DNA from: Alphaproteobacteria bacterium
GTDB lineage: Bacteria > Pseudomonadota > Alphaproteobacteria > Bin95
NCBI GenBank assembly: GCA_964291285.2
Contig: OZ219789.1
Coordinates: forward strand, 320,001-384,000
Length of the DNA stretch: 64,000 nucleotides
Direction of reading: 5' to 3'
Below are positions 48,010 to 57,000 of the stretch, piece after piece; positions within the stretch are counted from its first letter, which is position 1, and each line of letters starts with the position of its first letter. The position numbers and the translations under genes are program-made. Under the pieces are notes generated by a model. It was not told where the DNA came from. It saw nothing but the letters and a program-made list of their open reading frames with translations, and did no database searches.

Positions 48010-49623
48010 ATGAGACGCATGAAACACTGGACACTCGCAGCGATGGCCGCTGCGGCCCTGGCGCTTGCGGGCTGCGGCGGAGGCGGAGGAGGATCTTCCA
48101 GTTCCACCGGACCTACGACGCCACAGCCTCCGGCGAAGTCCGCCCTGTCCTATGCGAACGACCTGAACGCCAGCGTCGAGGTGATGATGACGCTGGCGGC
48201 GGCGGAAACCGAAGACGGCTCGGCTCTGATGATGGCGATGAAATACTCGGCCATGAGCGGGACGCTGGCTTCCGATGGCAATTCCATGTCGGCGATGAAC
48301 AGCGCCGCCATGGTGCTGAAGGCCAAGTCGGACCTGATGGCCGCCATCGAAGCCGCCAAGGTCGACAAGATGGAGGCCGAACAGGCGAAGGCCGGTCTTG
48401 CCGCGAACGCGGACCCGGCGCTTGTGCAGGCACTCGACGATGCGATCATGGCAGCTGAGACGCAGGTCGAGGCGGCCGAGGAGGTCCTCAACGGCGACGA
48501 TCTGGCAGGTTATGTCGAAATGGTCACGGGCACAGACGAGGACGACGTGAAGACCGCCGCCGACAGGGGCGAGGAAGTGGCCATGGCGATCGCCATGGCG
48601 CTCGGGCCCACATCCAACGCGGATGGAGCCGGTACTCGGGTGACGCACGACACCACGATTCCTGCCGCCACGATTCCCGAGGCGAACAAGTTCTCCGTCA
48701 ACGACGCCACGGGCATGACCTGGGCGATGATCGTTGGCGAAGACAATGTCATGAGCGAGCGGATCGGCACCGACAATGCAGCCAGGATGGTGGCCTCGGT
48801 CGCCGGTTTGACCGCAGCGGACGTGGATGCCGACGTGACTGCAAGCGGCGGCACAGGCGGCGGCAACGAGTACGCTGACGCCTTCACGAGCGCCGACAGC
48901 TCCTACAAGGGCATCCCGGGCGACATTTTCTGCCTGGGCAGCGATTGCGAGGTGGATGCCAACGGCAATCTCGCAGGCAGCTGGTACTTCTCGCCGACTT
49001 CGGAGAACGCCCTCTACACGCAGGGCGACGACGGGATGTATTCGGCGGAGACCATGTACGCGACCTACGGTCACTGGCTCGTTATGGTGGACCATGACCT
49101 TGATGCGGCAACTCCTGTCGTTGCTCGGGTGCATACCTTCGCGACCAGCACCATTGCCGATGCCGGCGTATGGGCCGCCGCCGATCCGAGCAGCACGGAC
49201 GCCGGTCTGAGAGCCGTATCGGCCACATACAGCGGTATGGCCGCAGGCCGGTCCGTCCACAAGACGCTCGACTCGAACGGCGCCATCACCGACATCCAGT
49301 CGGGCAGGTTCACCGCCAGCGTCATGCTGACAGCGGAATTCGGGAACAATCCGATGCTAGGCGGGACGGTGTCCGGCTTCACGAGCCAGGACAATCCCGG
49401 CGCGGTCGACTCGTCCTGGACGGTCGAGCTGATGAAGACGGAGTCCGCTGGAGGCACAGTGGCCGCAGCCAACGGTGTTGCAAAGGCTACCGGTCAGGAC
49501 GGAACCTGGTCGGCGACTTCCTACGGTGCGTCGGACATGCGTCCGACGGGCATCTATGGCGGCTTCAACGCCCACTTCACCGATGGGCATGTCGCCGGGG
49601 CCTATGCGACCCGGAAGGACTGA
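48010..49623 (+). CDS. Slam-dependent surface lipoprotein, second complete paralog
   Basis: Lipobox LAG-C GGGGGG; YGHWL, ATYSGMAAG, FTASVMLTAEF, GGFNAHFTDGHVAGAYATR. Confidence 0.88.
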   Translation: MRRMKHWTLAAMAAAALALAGCGGGGGGSSSSTGPTTPQPPAKSALSYANDLNASVEVMMTLAAAETEDGSALMMAMKYSAMSGTLASDGNSMSAMNSAAMVLKAKSDLMAAIEAAKVDKMEAEQAKAGLAANADPALVQALDDAIMAAETQVEAAEEVLNGDDLAGYVEMVTGTDEDDVKTAADRGEEVAMAIAMALGPTSNADGAGTRVTHDTTIPAATIPEANKFSVNDATGMTWAMIVGEDNVMSERIGTDNAARMVASVAGLTAADVDADVTASGGTGGGNEYADAFTSADSSYKGIPGDIFCLGSDCEVDANGNLAGSWYFSPTSENALYTQGDDGMYSAETMYATYGHWLVMVDHDLDAATPVVARVHTFATSTIADAGVWAAADPSSTDAGLRAVSATYSGMAAGRSVHKTLDSNGAITDIQSGRFTASVMLTAEFGNNPMLGGTVSGFTSQDNPGAVDSSWTVELMKTESAGGTVAAANGVAKATGQDGTWSATSYGASDMRPTGIYGGFNAHFTDGHVAGAYATRKD

Positions 49624-49717
49624 GGGACACCGGTCCGGAAAGGGACGCGGCGATCCTGGATCCCGAAGCTTGGGAAGGGCGGCGTTCCGGCGCCGCCGGT
49701 CTCGCCCGCGCCGCGGC

Positions 49718-49856
49718 GGCCGGGGGCCCGCGGCGAGAAGCTCGACGAGGCCATCGCCAGTTTTCGCGCCATCCTGGTGGATTGCCGGGAGTTGGTGCGG
49801 GTGCGCATCGAACTCGCCCCCTGCTTCTTCATGAAGGAGGGGGAGACACGCTCGCA
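49718..49856 (+). pseudogene. Relic of Slam 5' region
   Basis: ARGEKLDEAIASFRAILVDCRELVRVRIELAPCFFMKE versus AREEKLDEAIAAFRAILVDRPELVRVRLELARAFFLKE. Confidence 0.8.
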
Positions 49857-49902
49857 TCAGGAGGCGCTTCTATGATCGTCTTCGGGCCTGTTGGCTCTCG
49901 TC

Positions 49903-50214
49903 TCAATGACGGCGCACTACGATTCTGCCCCCTACCGGAATCGACCCCTCGTTAGGCAACGGCACTTCCCGCCAGTGCTCGCCGCGGCGCTTGAGGGAGC
50001 GGATCCGGATAGCGGAGGCGTCCAGGTCGACGTCTGCAGGGCGCAGCGCGAGGACCTCGGAGAGCCTGGCGCCGGAATGTGCAAGCGTCAGTGCAAAGGT
50101 CTGCCGGTCCGGCTTTTCTTCCCGGGCGGCGGCGGCCAGGAAGCGTTCGCGTTCTTGGTGGGTGAGGTACTTGCGGCCTTTGGCGTCGACGAGCTGGATG
50201 GTGCCCTGGACCAT
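49903..50214 (-). pseudogene. Truncated tyrosine recombinase (resolvase-type)
   Basis: RKYLT..ERERFL, SGARLSEVLAL, SLKRR, REVPLP; HxxR/Y box missing. Confidence 0.75.
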
Positions 50215-50749
50215 GAATGATACATTTCGTCGAGGAGAACTGCCCGTCTGGCGGATTCGTCATGGGGCAACAAGGCTTCGAGAGGCTCGGATCGGAGAGT
50301 GGTGCAGTCTAGGGGCTGACCGAAAATGAGACACTATGCGAGATCTGGACGGGGATCGAGCCAGGTATAGCGATCGAAATCGCGGCGATGTCCGTTGAAG
50401 CCGAGCAGGCTGCCGCCGAAAAAAACACCAGGCGCGCCATGGCGGCGCGCCTGGGATATTCGAGGCGCTCGGCGGAGCCACCGGACCTCGCCGACGACTC
50501 CGCCCTGGCCCTGCACGCCTGGTGCAAGATGCAGCAGCTGATGGCGTCGCCGGATACTCCAGGACTGTCGGAAGCCCGTACGGACGCTGACGGGTCCAGC
50601 GCTGGCGATACCACCAAAAAGGAGACGCCGGAGGGTTGAGGAGGGCGTCCGGCGGCGCATCCGGACGGTCTCTGCCCTCCTGCGCACCCTCCGGGCCCGT
50701 GCCCTTGCGAGTCGCTCACTGAAGAGGCGTTCCATCGCGCCATAACATG

Positions 50750-50770
50750 TGATATGCATGCAGTATATCA
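50750..50770. promoter_or_regulatory. Palindromic operator upstream of vapBC
   Basis: TGATAT-N9-ATATCA abutting the antitoxin start. Confidence 0.45.
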
Positions 50771-50998
50771 ATGGAGCACGCGATGCGAGCCCTTGTCGAC
50801 ATGAACGATGTGCAGGTCGAGGCGCTGGACACCCTTGCCAAACGAATGCGTCAGTCTCGGGCGGCCCTTATCCGGGCGGCTATAGACGAGTATCTCGCCC
50901 GCCATCGCCGCGAACAGGTCGAGGACGGGTTCGGCCTGTGGGGGGCGCACAAGGTCGATGGCCTGGCCTACCAGGAAAAGACGCGCAGCGAATGGTAG
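50771..50998 (+). CDS. CopG/RHH antitoxin (VapB-like)
   Basis: MRALVDMNDVQVEALDTLAKRMRQSRAALIRAAIDEYL..FGLW..DGLAYQEKTRSEW. Confidence 0.85.
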   Translation: MEHAMRALVDMNDVQVEALDTLAKRMRQSRAALIRAAIDEYLARHRREQVEDGFGLWGAHKVDGLAYQEKTRSEW

Positions 50999-51387
50999 GC
51001 GCGCTTTTCGACACCAACATCCTCATCGACCATCTGAACGCCGTCCCCCACGCCCGTGAGGAAATCGGGCGCTTCGAAAGCCGGGCCATCAGCATCGTCT
51101 CCTGGATGGAAGTGATGGTCGGGGCCGACGACGAGCTGGTTGAGCCGACCCGGCGTTTCCTCGACGGCTTCACGGTCATCGCACTGGACGACGAGATCGC
51201 CATGCGTGCAGTGGAACTGCGGCGCGCGCATCGCATCAAACTGCCCGATGCGGTGATCTGGGCCACTGCGCAGACCACCGGACGTCTGCTTGTGACCCGC
51301 AACACCAGGGATTTCCCATCTGACGATCCGGGGGTACGCGAACCTTACAGATGGACCGGACCGGACGCGGAAGGGGCAGAATCGTGA
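50992..51387 (+). CDS. vapC: PIN-domain toxin VapC
   Basis: FDTNILID, SWMEV, LPDAVIWATA, LVTRNTRDF; overlaps antitoxin stop. Confidence 0.9.
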   Translation: MVGALFDTNILIDHLNAVPHAREEIGRFESRAISIVSWMEVMVGADDELVEPTRRFLDGFTVIALDDEIAMRAVELRRAHRIKLPDAVIWATAQTTGRLLVTRNTRDFPSDDPGVREPYRWTGPDAEGAES

Positions 51388-51452
51388 TGCAAGCCCGGGC
51401 GCGCGGCCGATACCTCGGCAACGCCTGAGAGACCTGAAGGAGAGAAATACCG

Positions 51453-51737
51453 ATGAACAAGACCGATCTCGTCTGCCACGTCGCCGAGGAAGCCGGAATG
51501 ACCAGGGCGGCCGCCGGGGCCGCCGTCGATGCCATGCTGTCCGGAGTTGCGGGTTCTCTCTCGCGCGGCGAGGCCGTCACTCTTCCGGGCTTCGGGACGT
51601 TTCTCACCAGGGACCGTCCGGCCCGCACCGGCCGCAATCCGCGGACGGGCGAGAGCGTCGAGATCGCCGCGTCCACCATGCCGGCCTTCAAGCCGGGCAA
51701 GGCGCTGCGGGACGCCGTGAACAGCGCCGGGGCGTAA
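51453..51737 (+). CDS. hup: HU family DNA-binding protein
   Basis: MNKTDLV, VTLPGFGTF, RPARTGRNPRTGE, PAFKPGKALRDAVN. Confidence 0.93.
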   Translation: MNKTDLVCHVAEEAGMTRAAAGAAVDAMLSGVAGSLSRGEAVTLPGFGTFLTRDRPARTGRNPRTGESVEIAASTMPAFKPGKALRDAVNSAGA

Positions 51738-51799
51738 CTGGACATTCCGGCATCCATATGCCAGAACCGGATACGTAACCGGATTACTGGCGGGACATC

Positions 51800-52120
51800 A
51801 TGGAACGGAAGAACTCCACCGGTCGCGAGGCAACGCGCGTCTCCCGTCACCGGAAGCGTCTCTCCGCCGCCGGCTCCAGGCGTGTCGAGGTCACGGTTCC
51901 GTCCCGGGACGCCCCCCTCGTCAAGGCGGTCGCCGGCGCGCTGCGGCAGGATGGAGACGAGGCGGAGACCATTCGCCGGGTGCTGCAACCGGTATTGGAG
52001 GCGCCGGCAGCCCGCACAGGGGCCGAACTGGTTGCGTTCCTGCGAGCCTCGCCTCTGACCGGAGCCGAACTGCCCGTCGAACGCGACAGGTCGACGGGCC
52101 GGGCCGCCGACTTCGGCTGA
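51800..52120 (+). CDS. Putative antitoxin (followed by VapC remnant)
   Basis: RVSRHRKRL..RRVEVTV; C-terminal LVAFLRASPL..LPVERDRSTGR; TGATG overlap with PIN remnant. Confidence 0.65.
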   Translation: MERKNSTGREATRVSRHRKRLSAAGSRRVEVTVPSRDAPLVKAVAGALRQDGDEAETIRRVLQPVLEAPAARTGAELVAFLRASPLTGAELPVERDRSTGRAADFG

Positions 52121-52161
52121 TGGCCTTTCTCCTGGACACCAATGTAACGAGATATTTTTAA
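52120..52161 (+). pseudogene. VapC/PIN toxin N-terminal remnant
   Basis: MAFLLDTNV then abrupt junction to AT-rich sequence and stop. Confidence 0.6.
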
Positions 52162-52389
52162 CCTTCTATACGGACTTGATTTTACTGGTTTTTTCTGGCC
52201 TCCGGCAAATCAAGCCTGTTTTCAGATAGCGGCCCGAGACCGGATCGATCCGAAAAGAGGCGTTGCCGGCTCGCGCATGCCGACAAACGGTCCATCGCCC
52301 GAAGGTATCCGTTCGGGTTCCGGGGGATCGTATGCCTCCACGGATTTTCTGACTGGTAACTACTTCGCGCATGCGCTACGGTCTCGCGC

Positions 52390-54555
52390 ATGGCGGTTTT
52401 CGACGCGGATTTCTGCACCGACCTGACGCTGGCCGAGGGGGGCGACACCTTGTGGTCGCCTCCCATGGTGATGCCGGCGTGCGAGCCGCTCGACTGGGCG
52501 TCTGTGCTTGAAGAGGCAGAGGCGCGGATCGAGGAGGAACGGGGTCGCGCACGCGTGGCGGAGTTGCGCCGCGAGGAACTGCGCTGGTCGGAGAGGGACG
52601 CCTGTACGCGCGTGCGTTCTCTGGAGAGGCAGCTTGAGACTTGCCGGTTCAAGCTCAAGTTGGCCGTAACCAGGACCGCGTCGCGGGCCATGAAGGCGTT
52701 GGAGCGCAGGGTCGAGTATCAGGACGACGAGATCGCCGGTCTTTACCTCTCGTTGCGCCGGTCTCACGAGCACCGGGAGCGGGTCGAGGCGCGCCACCGG
52801 GACGAGATCAACTGGTTGAAGCAGGACATCGACCGGGAGCGCTCGCGGCTCGCGAAGGTACACCGCGAGGGCGAGCGCGTGGCCGAATCTCTGCGCAGGC
52901 GGTTCGACCGGCATCTCGCCGCGGCCAGGCGGCTGGTGAAGGCCGGGGAGGGCACGATCGCGTGGCTGCGCGCGCGCAACGACCGGCTGCGGGCGGCGGT
53001 CGTGCGGGCCACGGAGCTGATCGGGTCGCTGCGGGAGAAGAATGCCGGGCTGCGCGCCGAGGTGCGGGATCTGAAGGGCGAGAATGCCGCGCTGGCCGCG
53101 CGGGTCGAGAAGCTGGAAGGCGACCTCGACAAGCTGCGCTCGACCCGCAGCGTCCTGTCGAAGGCGCTCTACGGCAGCAGGAGCGAGCGGCAGAAGAAGC
53201 CGGGCACCGGGCGCGAGCGCGGCCAGCAGCGCGGCACCGCCGGGCACGGCCGCACCCGGCGCCCCGGGCTCAGGAAGAAGAAGGAGACGCGCGACCCGCC
53301 GGAAGATGCGCGGATCTGCCCGCGTTGCGGCAAGCCCTATGTCGCCAACGGCGAGCGGCGCACCACCCTCTTCGAGATCGATGTCGAGGCCTGCGAGCGC
53401 ACCATCGTCCGGTCGCGCTGGCGCCGGGCTTGCGACTGCGCCTCCGCGCCGCGGGAGGTGACCGCGCCGCCGGCGGTGCGACTGTTCGAGACCACGCCTT
53501 ACGGGATCAGCGTCTGGACGTGCATGCTCTACGAACGGTTCGTCTGCTGCCGGCCGCTGCATCGGGTCGCGGCCTGGCTGGCCGACATGGGGCTGACGAT
53601 CTCGCCGGGCACCCTGGCCGACAGCATCAAGCGCTTCGTGCCGCTGTTCGAGCCGCTGGCCGAGGCGATCCTTGCGCACCAGAACACCGCGGCCCTGCGC
53701 CATGCCGACGAAACATCCTGGCGCGTTCAGGCCTGGCGCGAGAAAGGCCGGTCGAGCCGCGCCTGGCTGTGGACCTCGGTGAGCCCGGACGCGGTCTATT
53801 ACCACATCGATCCCTCGCGCAGCGCCGAGGTCGCGATGAAGCTGTTCGGTTCGACACAGGGCATCGTGGTTCTGGTCTGCGACCGGTTCAGCGCCTACAG
53901 AAAGCTGGCCCGCGAACTCGCCGGCAAGGTGATCCTGCAATGGTGCTGGGCGCACCAAAGGCGCTCGTTCATCGACGGCGCGGCCGGGCGGGTGCGGCTC
54001 AGGCGCTGGTGCCAGAGATGGATCGAGCGGATCGCGGAGATCTACCGGCTCAACGAGGCGCGGCTGGAGCATTACGACCCCGCTCACCCTCTCGAACGCC
54101 AGACGCCGGCGTTCGACGTCGCGCACGCCAGGCTGAAGAAGGCGGTCGACGAGCTGTTCGCGGCCGCCGAAGCGGAACTGGCCGGGCTGACGGACAGGGC
54201 GCGCAGGGCCAGGCCGCTGCGCTCGCTCCTCAAGCACCGCGAGGGGCTGTGCGTCTTCGTCGACAAGCCGTTCGTGCCCATGGACAACAACCGCGGCGAA
54301 CTCTCCCTGCGCTTCGCGGTCATCGGGCGACGGCTCTCGTTCGGCTCCGACAGCGAGAAAGGCGCCGGGTTCACGGCAACGATGTACTCGGTGGCCGGCA
54401 CGCTGGCGATCAACGGCATCGACGTCCGGCGCTGGCTCGGTGAATGGCTGACCGCGTGCGCGGAGAACGGCGGCGAGCCGCCGGAAGACCTCTCGCCCTG
54501 GCTGCCGTGGTCGATGAGCGAGGCGCGCCGGCGCGAACTCGCGGCGGCGGGATGA
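52390..54555 (+). CDS. IS66 family transposase
   Basis: Identical translation to 1574..3739. Confidence 0.9.
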   Translation: MAVFDADFCTDLTLAEGGDTLWSPPMVMPACEPLDWASVLEEAEARIEEERGRARVAELRREELRWSERDACTRVRSLERQLETCRFKLKLAVTRTASRAMKALERRVEYQDDEIAGLYLSLRRSHEHRERVEARHRDEINWLKQDIDRERSRLAKVHREGERVAESLRRRFDRHLAAARRLVKAGEGTIAWLRARNDRLRAAVVRATELIGSLREKNAGLRAEVRDLKGENAALAARVEKLEGDLDKLRSTRSVLSKALYGSRSERQKKPGTGRERGQQRGTAGHGRTRRPGLRKKKETRDPPEDARICPRCGKPYVANGERRTTLFEIDVEACERTIVRSRWRRACDCASAPREVTAPPAVRLFETTPYGISVWTCMLYERFVCCRPLHRVAAWLADMGLTISPGTLADSIKRFVPLFEPLAEAILAHQNTAALRHADETSWRVQAWREKGRSSRAWLWTSVSPDAVYYHIDPSRSAEVAMKLFGSTQGIVVLVCDRFSAYRKLARELAGKVILQWCWAHQRRSFIDGAAGRVRLRRWCQRWIERIAEIYRLNEARLEHYDPAHPLERQTPAFDVAHARLKKAVDELFAAAEAELAGLTDRARRARPLRSLLKHREGLCVFVDKPFVPMDNNRGELSLRFAVIGRRLSFGSDSEKGAGFTATMYSVAGTLAINGIDVRRWLGEWLTACAENGGEPPEDLSPWLPWSMSEARRRELAAAG

Positions 54556-55433
54556 CCGGCGCGGTCGAGTGTCGCTATTACGGGCGCGACTTCACCGAAG
54601 ATGAAATGGCGCTGCTGCGTGCCCTGATCGCCGATCCCGCCCCGCTCTCCCGCCGCGCCCTGTCGATCGAGTTCTGCCGGCGCATCGGCTGGCTCAAGCC
54701 CGACGGCGGACTGAAGGACATGATGGCCCGTGTCGCCATGCTCGCCATGCACAAGGACGGGCTCATCGAGCTGCCGCCGCCGAGGGGGCGGCAGCACCGG
54801 CCCAGGCCGGTCCAGTTCGGACCCGACACCGAACCGCCGCTGTTCCCGGCGCCCACGACCCTCGACGAGGTCCGCCCGCTCGACTTCCGCACCGTCGTGC
54901 ACAGCACCCGCGAAGGCAGGCTCTGGAACGAGTTCATCGCCCGCTACCACTATCTCGGACACAAGACACTGGTCGGCGCCCAGATGCGCTATGCCGTCCA
55001 CGACCGCAACGGCTGGCCCGTCGCCATGCTCGGCTTCTCCACCGCCGCATGGAAGCTCGCCCCGCGCGACCGCTTCATCGGATGGACGCCCGAACTGCGC
55101 GAAAAGAACCTTCCTCTCGTCGTCGACAACCCGCGCTTCCTGATCCTGCCCTGGATCGAGATCCCCAACCTCGGCTCGCACATCCTCGCCATCGTGCGCC
55201 GCCGCCTGCCCATCGACTGGACCGGGCGCTACAACATCACGCCGGTGCTCATCGAGACCTTCGTCGAAACGCCCCGCTACACCGGTGCCGTATACCGCGC
55301 ATCGGGCTGGACCCGCGTCGGGACCACCCAGGGCCGGGGACGCTACGACAGGCACAACAAACGAGACCAGCCGAAAAAGGACATCTGGCTCCGCACACTG
55401 CGAAAAGACTGGCAACGCACCCTCAATCGGTAG
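54552..55433 (+). CDS. DUF4338 (DruA-like) domain protein inside IS66
   Basis: Identical translation to 3736..4617. Confidence 0.82.
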   Translation: MTGAVECRYYGRDFTEDEMALLRALIADPAPLSRRALSIEFCRRIGWLKPDGGLKDMMARVAMLAMHKDGLIELPPPRGRQHRPRPVQFGPDTEPPLFPAPTTLDEVRPLDFRTVVHSTREGRLWNEFIARYHYLGHKTLVGAQMRYAVHDRNGWPVAMLGFSTAAWKLAPRDRFIGWTPELREKNLPLVVDNPRFLILPWIEIPNLGSHILAIVRRRLPIDWTGRYNITPVLIETFVETPRYTGAVYRASGWTRVGTTQGRGRYDRHNKRDQPKKDIWLRTLRKDWQRTLNR

Positions 55434-55861
55434 AAGCACAACCGTCGCCCCGGTGTGAAAATGCCGACAAGCGGATAACCCAATCCTCATCCCCCGGAAC
55501 CCGAACGGATACGCCCGAAGGGCATGACGATGATTCCGCTGCGGGATGACAACCCGGCCCGTCTCCCGCCGCGCGCGTGTAACGCCGTCGAGGCGTTCGG
55601 CGAGCGGACGGGCAAGCCGGGACTGGCCGTACATCCGCGGACACCGGTCCGAATGCGCCGGGCGGCAATCGTGTGGCGGCCGTGAGCTTCGGAGCGTGCG
55701 CATCCGGCGTGTCGGCGGTTCGGGGCAGGGCTGGCGCGCATGTCCGGGGTGGTGGAAATCCCCTGACCGATCCCTTTGCAAGGCAGGCCGGCGGTCTCCA
55801 GAGTGACGCCGGTTGCCGGGCCGTTGCGGGCGGCGCCGGGAAGGACCTGGAGGAGAGCGGG

Positions 55862-55951
55862 ATGGGCGCGACCGAACCGGAATTCATGGGCACGCGGCAT
55901 GTGGCGGCGCGGCTCGGGCTCTCGCCCCGCACGCTGGGGGCTGCCGGGTGA
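55862..55951 (+). pseudogene. Excisionase/HTH_17-like remnant
   Basis: EFMGTRHVAARLGLSPRTL then stop; GGAG RBS. Confidence 0.5.
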
Positions 55952-56160
55952 GCGGGGGCGCCCAAAGGGTAGCCAGAACGGCGCAAGCATGAGAAGGAAG
56001 AACGACAAGCCTGACTTGACTGCGACCGCCACCGTCCCGGTCAATCCCGGCTGACCGAAAACCAGGTGCCCGGAGCCACGCCCAAGGCTGGTCGCGACTT
56101 GCCGAACCCCCTGGACAGAATCACTGAAATCCGCAATCTTCGTTGAAAAAAGGAAGAGCA

Positions 56161-56931
56161 ATGCGGGAACTCGCGGAAAGAATACCAGATACTGAACAGT
56201 TTCTGGCCCTGGAACCGGAGGAACTCGGCGCGAAGCTGTTGTTTGTGCTGCGTCAACGGATCAAGAAAGGCGACAAGTCGGTGCATCTTGGCAATTTCTT
56301 GAACGGCATGACAGTAACTGGAAACCGCGTATCCGATTTTTGGTCTGTCGAGGAACACGAAGAAGAGATAAAGGTCGCCATTTGTGAGGCTTGGGCATGG
56401 CTGGAGGCGCAGGGGATGCTCATCCCGAGCCCTGACAGGAATGGTCAACACGGTTTCCGCATCCTGAGTCGACGGGCACATCAATACGAAGATGAAACGG
56501 AATTTGCAAACTCCAGAGTTGCGCGAATTCTCCCAAAAGAGGTTCTCCATCCCCGGATTGCGGACAAGGTGTGGTGTGCATTCGTCCGTGGTGACTTCGA
56601 TGTCGCCGTATTTCAAGCCATGAAGGGCGTCGAAGTTTTCGTCCGGGAAGCCACCCGCCTCCCTGATACTTGTATCGGCCGCGTTCTCATGCAGGAAGCA
56701 TTCAAACCCGAGGGAGGGGTTCTGACCGACATGGATATGGGAAAGGATGAAAAGGCAGCACGAATGCAGCTTTTCTCTGGGGCGATCGGCGCATACAAGA
56801 ACCCGAATTCCCATCGCGACGTTCACATGAACGATCCGCAGGAGGCCATGGAAGTCATCATGCTGGCGAACCACCTTATGCGAATCGTGGATGCCAGAAA
56901 GCCATCCTATGTTTCCGGTGTTGCGGGTTGA
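56161..56931 (+). CDS. TIGR02391-like protein
   Basis: LHPRI..AFVRGDFDVAVFQAMKGVEVFVR..LMQEAF..LFSGAIGAYKNPNSHR. Confidence 0.75.
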   Translation: MRELAERIPDTEQFLALEPEELGAKLLFVLRQRIKKGDKSVHLGNFLNGMTVTGNRVSDFWSVEEHEEEIKVAICEAWAWLEAQGMLIPSPDRNGQHGFRILSRRAHQYEDETEFANSRVARILPKEVLHPRIADKVWCAFVRGDFDVAVFQAMKGVEVFVREATRLPDTCIGRVLMQEAFKPEGGVLTDMDMGKDEKAARMQLFSGAIGAYKNPNSHRDVHMNDPQEAMEVIMLANHLMRIVDARKPSYVSGVAG

Positions 56932-57000
56932 ACTGTTTCCTCGCCGGAGAGCTTGCAGGACGGCGATATTCCCCGAGCGACCGTTTCCACCCGCCAGCGC

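Larger units (their letters stand above)
52305..55512 (+). mobile_element. IS66-family-like insertion sequence, copy 2 (3208 bp)
   Basis: Same 24-bp IRs; 8-bp target duplication GCCCGAAG (52297-52304, 55513-55520); ORF translations identical to copy 1. Confidence 0.95.

Noticed and set aside
52143-52296. Additional IS end or res site at the VapC truncation (TGTAACGAGATATTTTTAAC...)
   Set aside because: No matching inverted repeat or cognate enzyme could be identified in the window.
1489-55512. 54-kb composite transposon bounded by the IS66 copies
   Set aside because: Each copy has its own distinct 8-bp TSD, indicating separate insertions.
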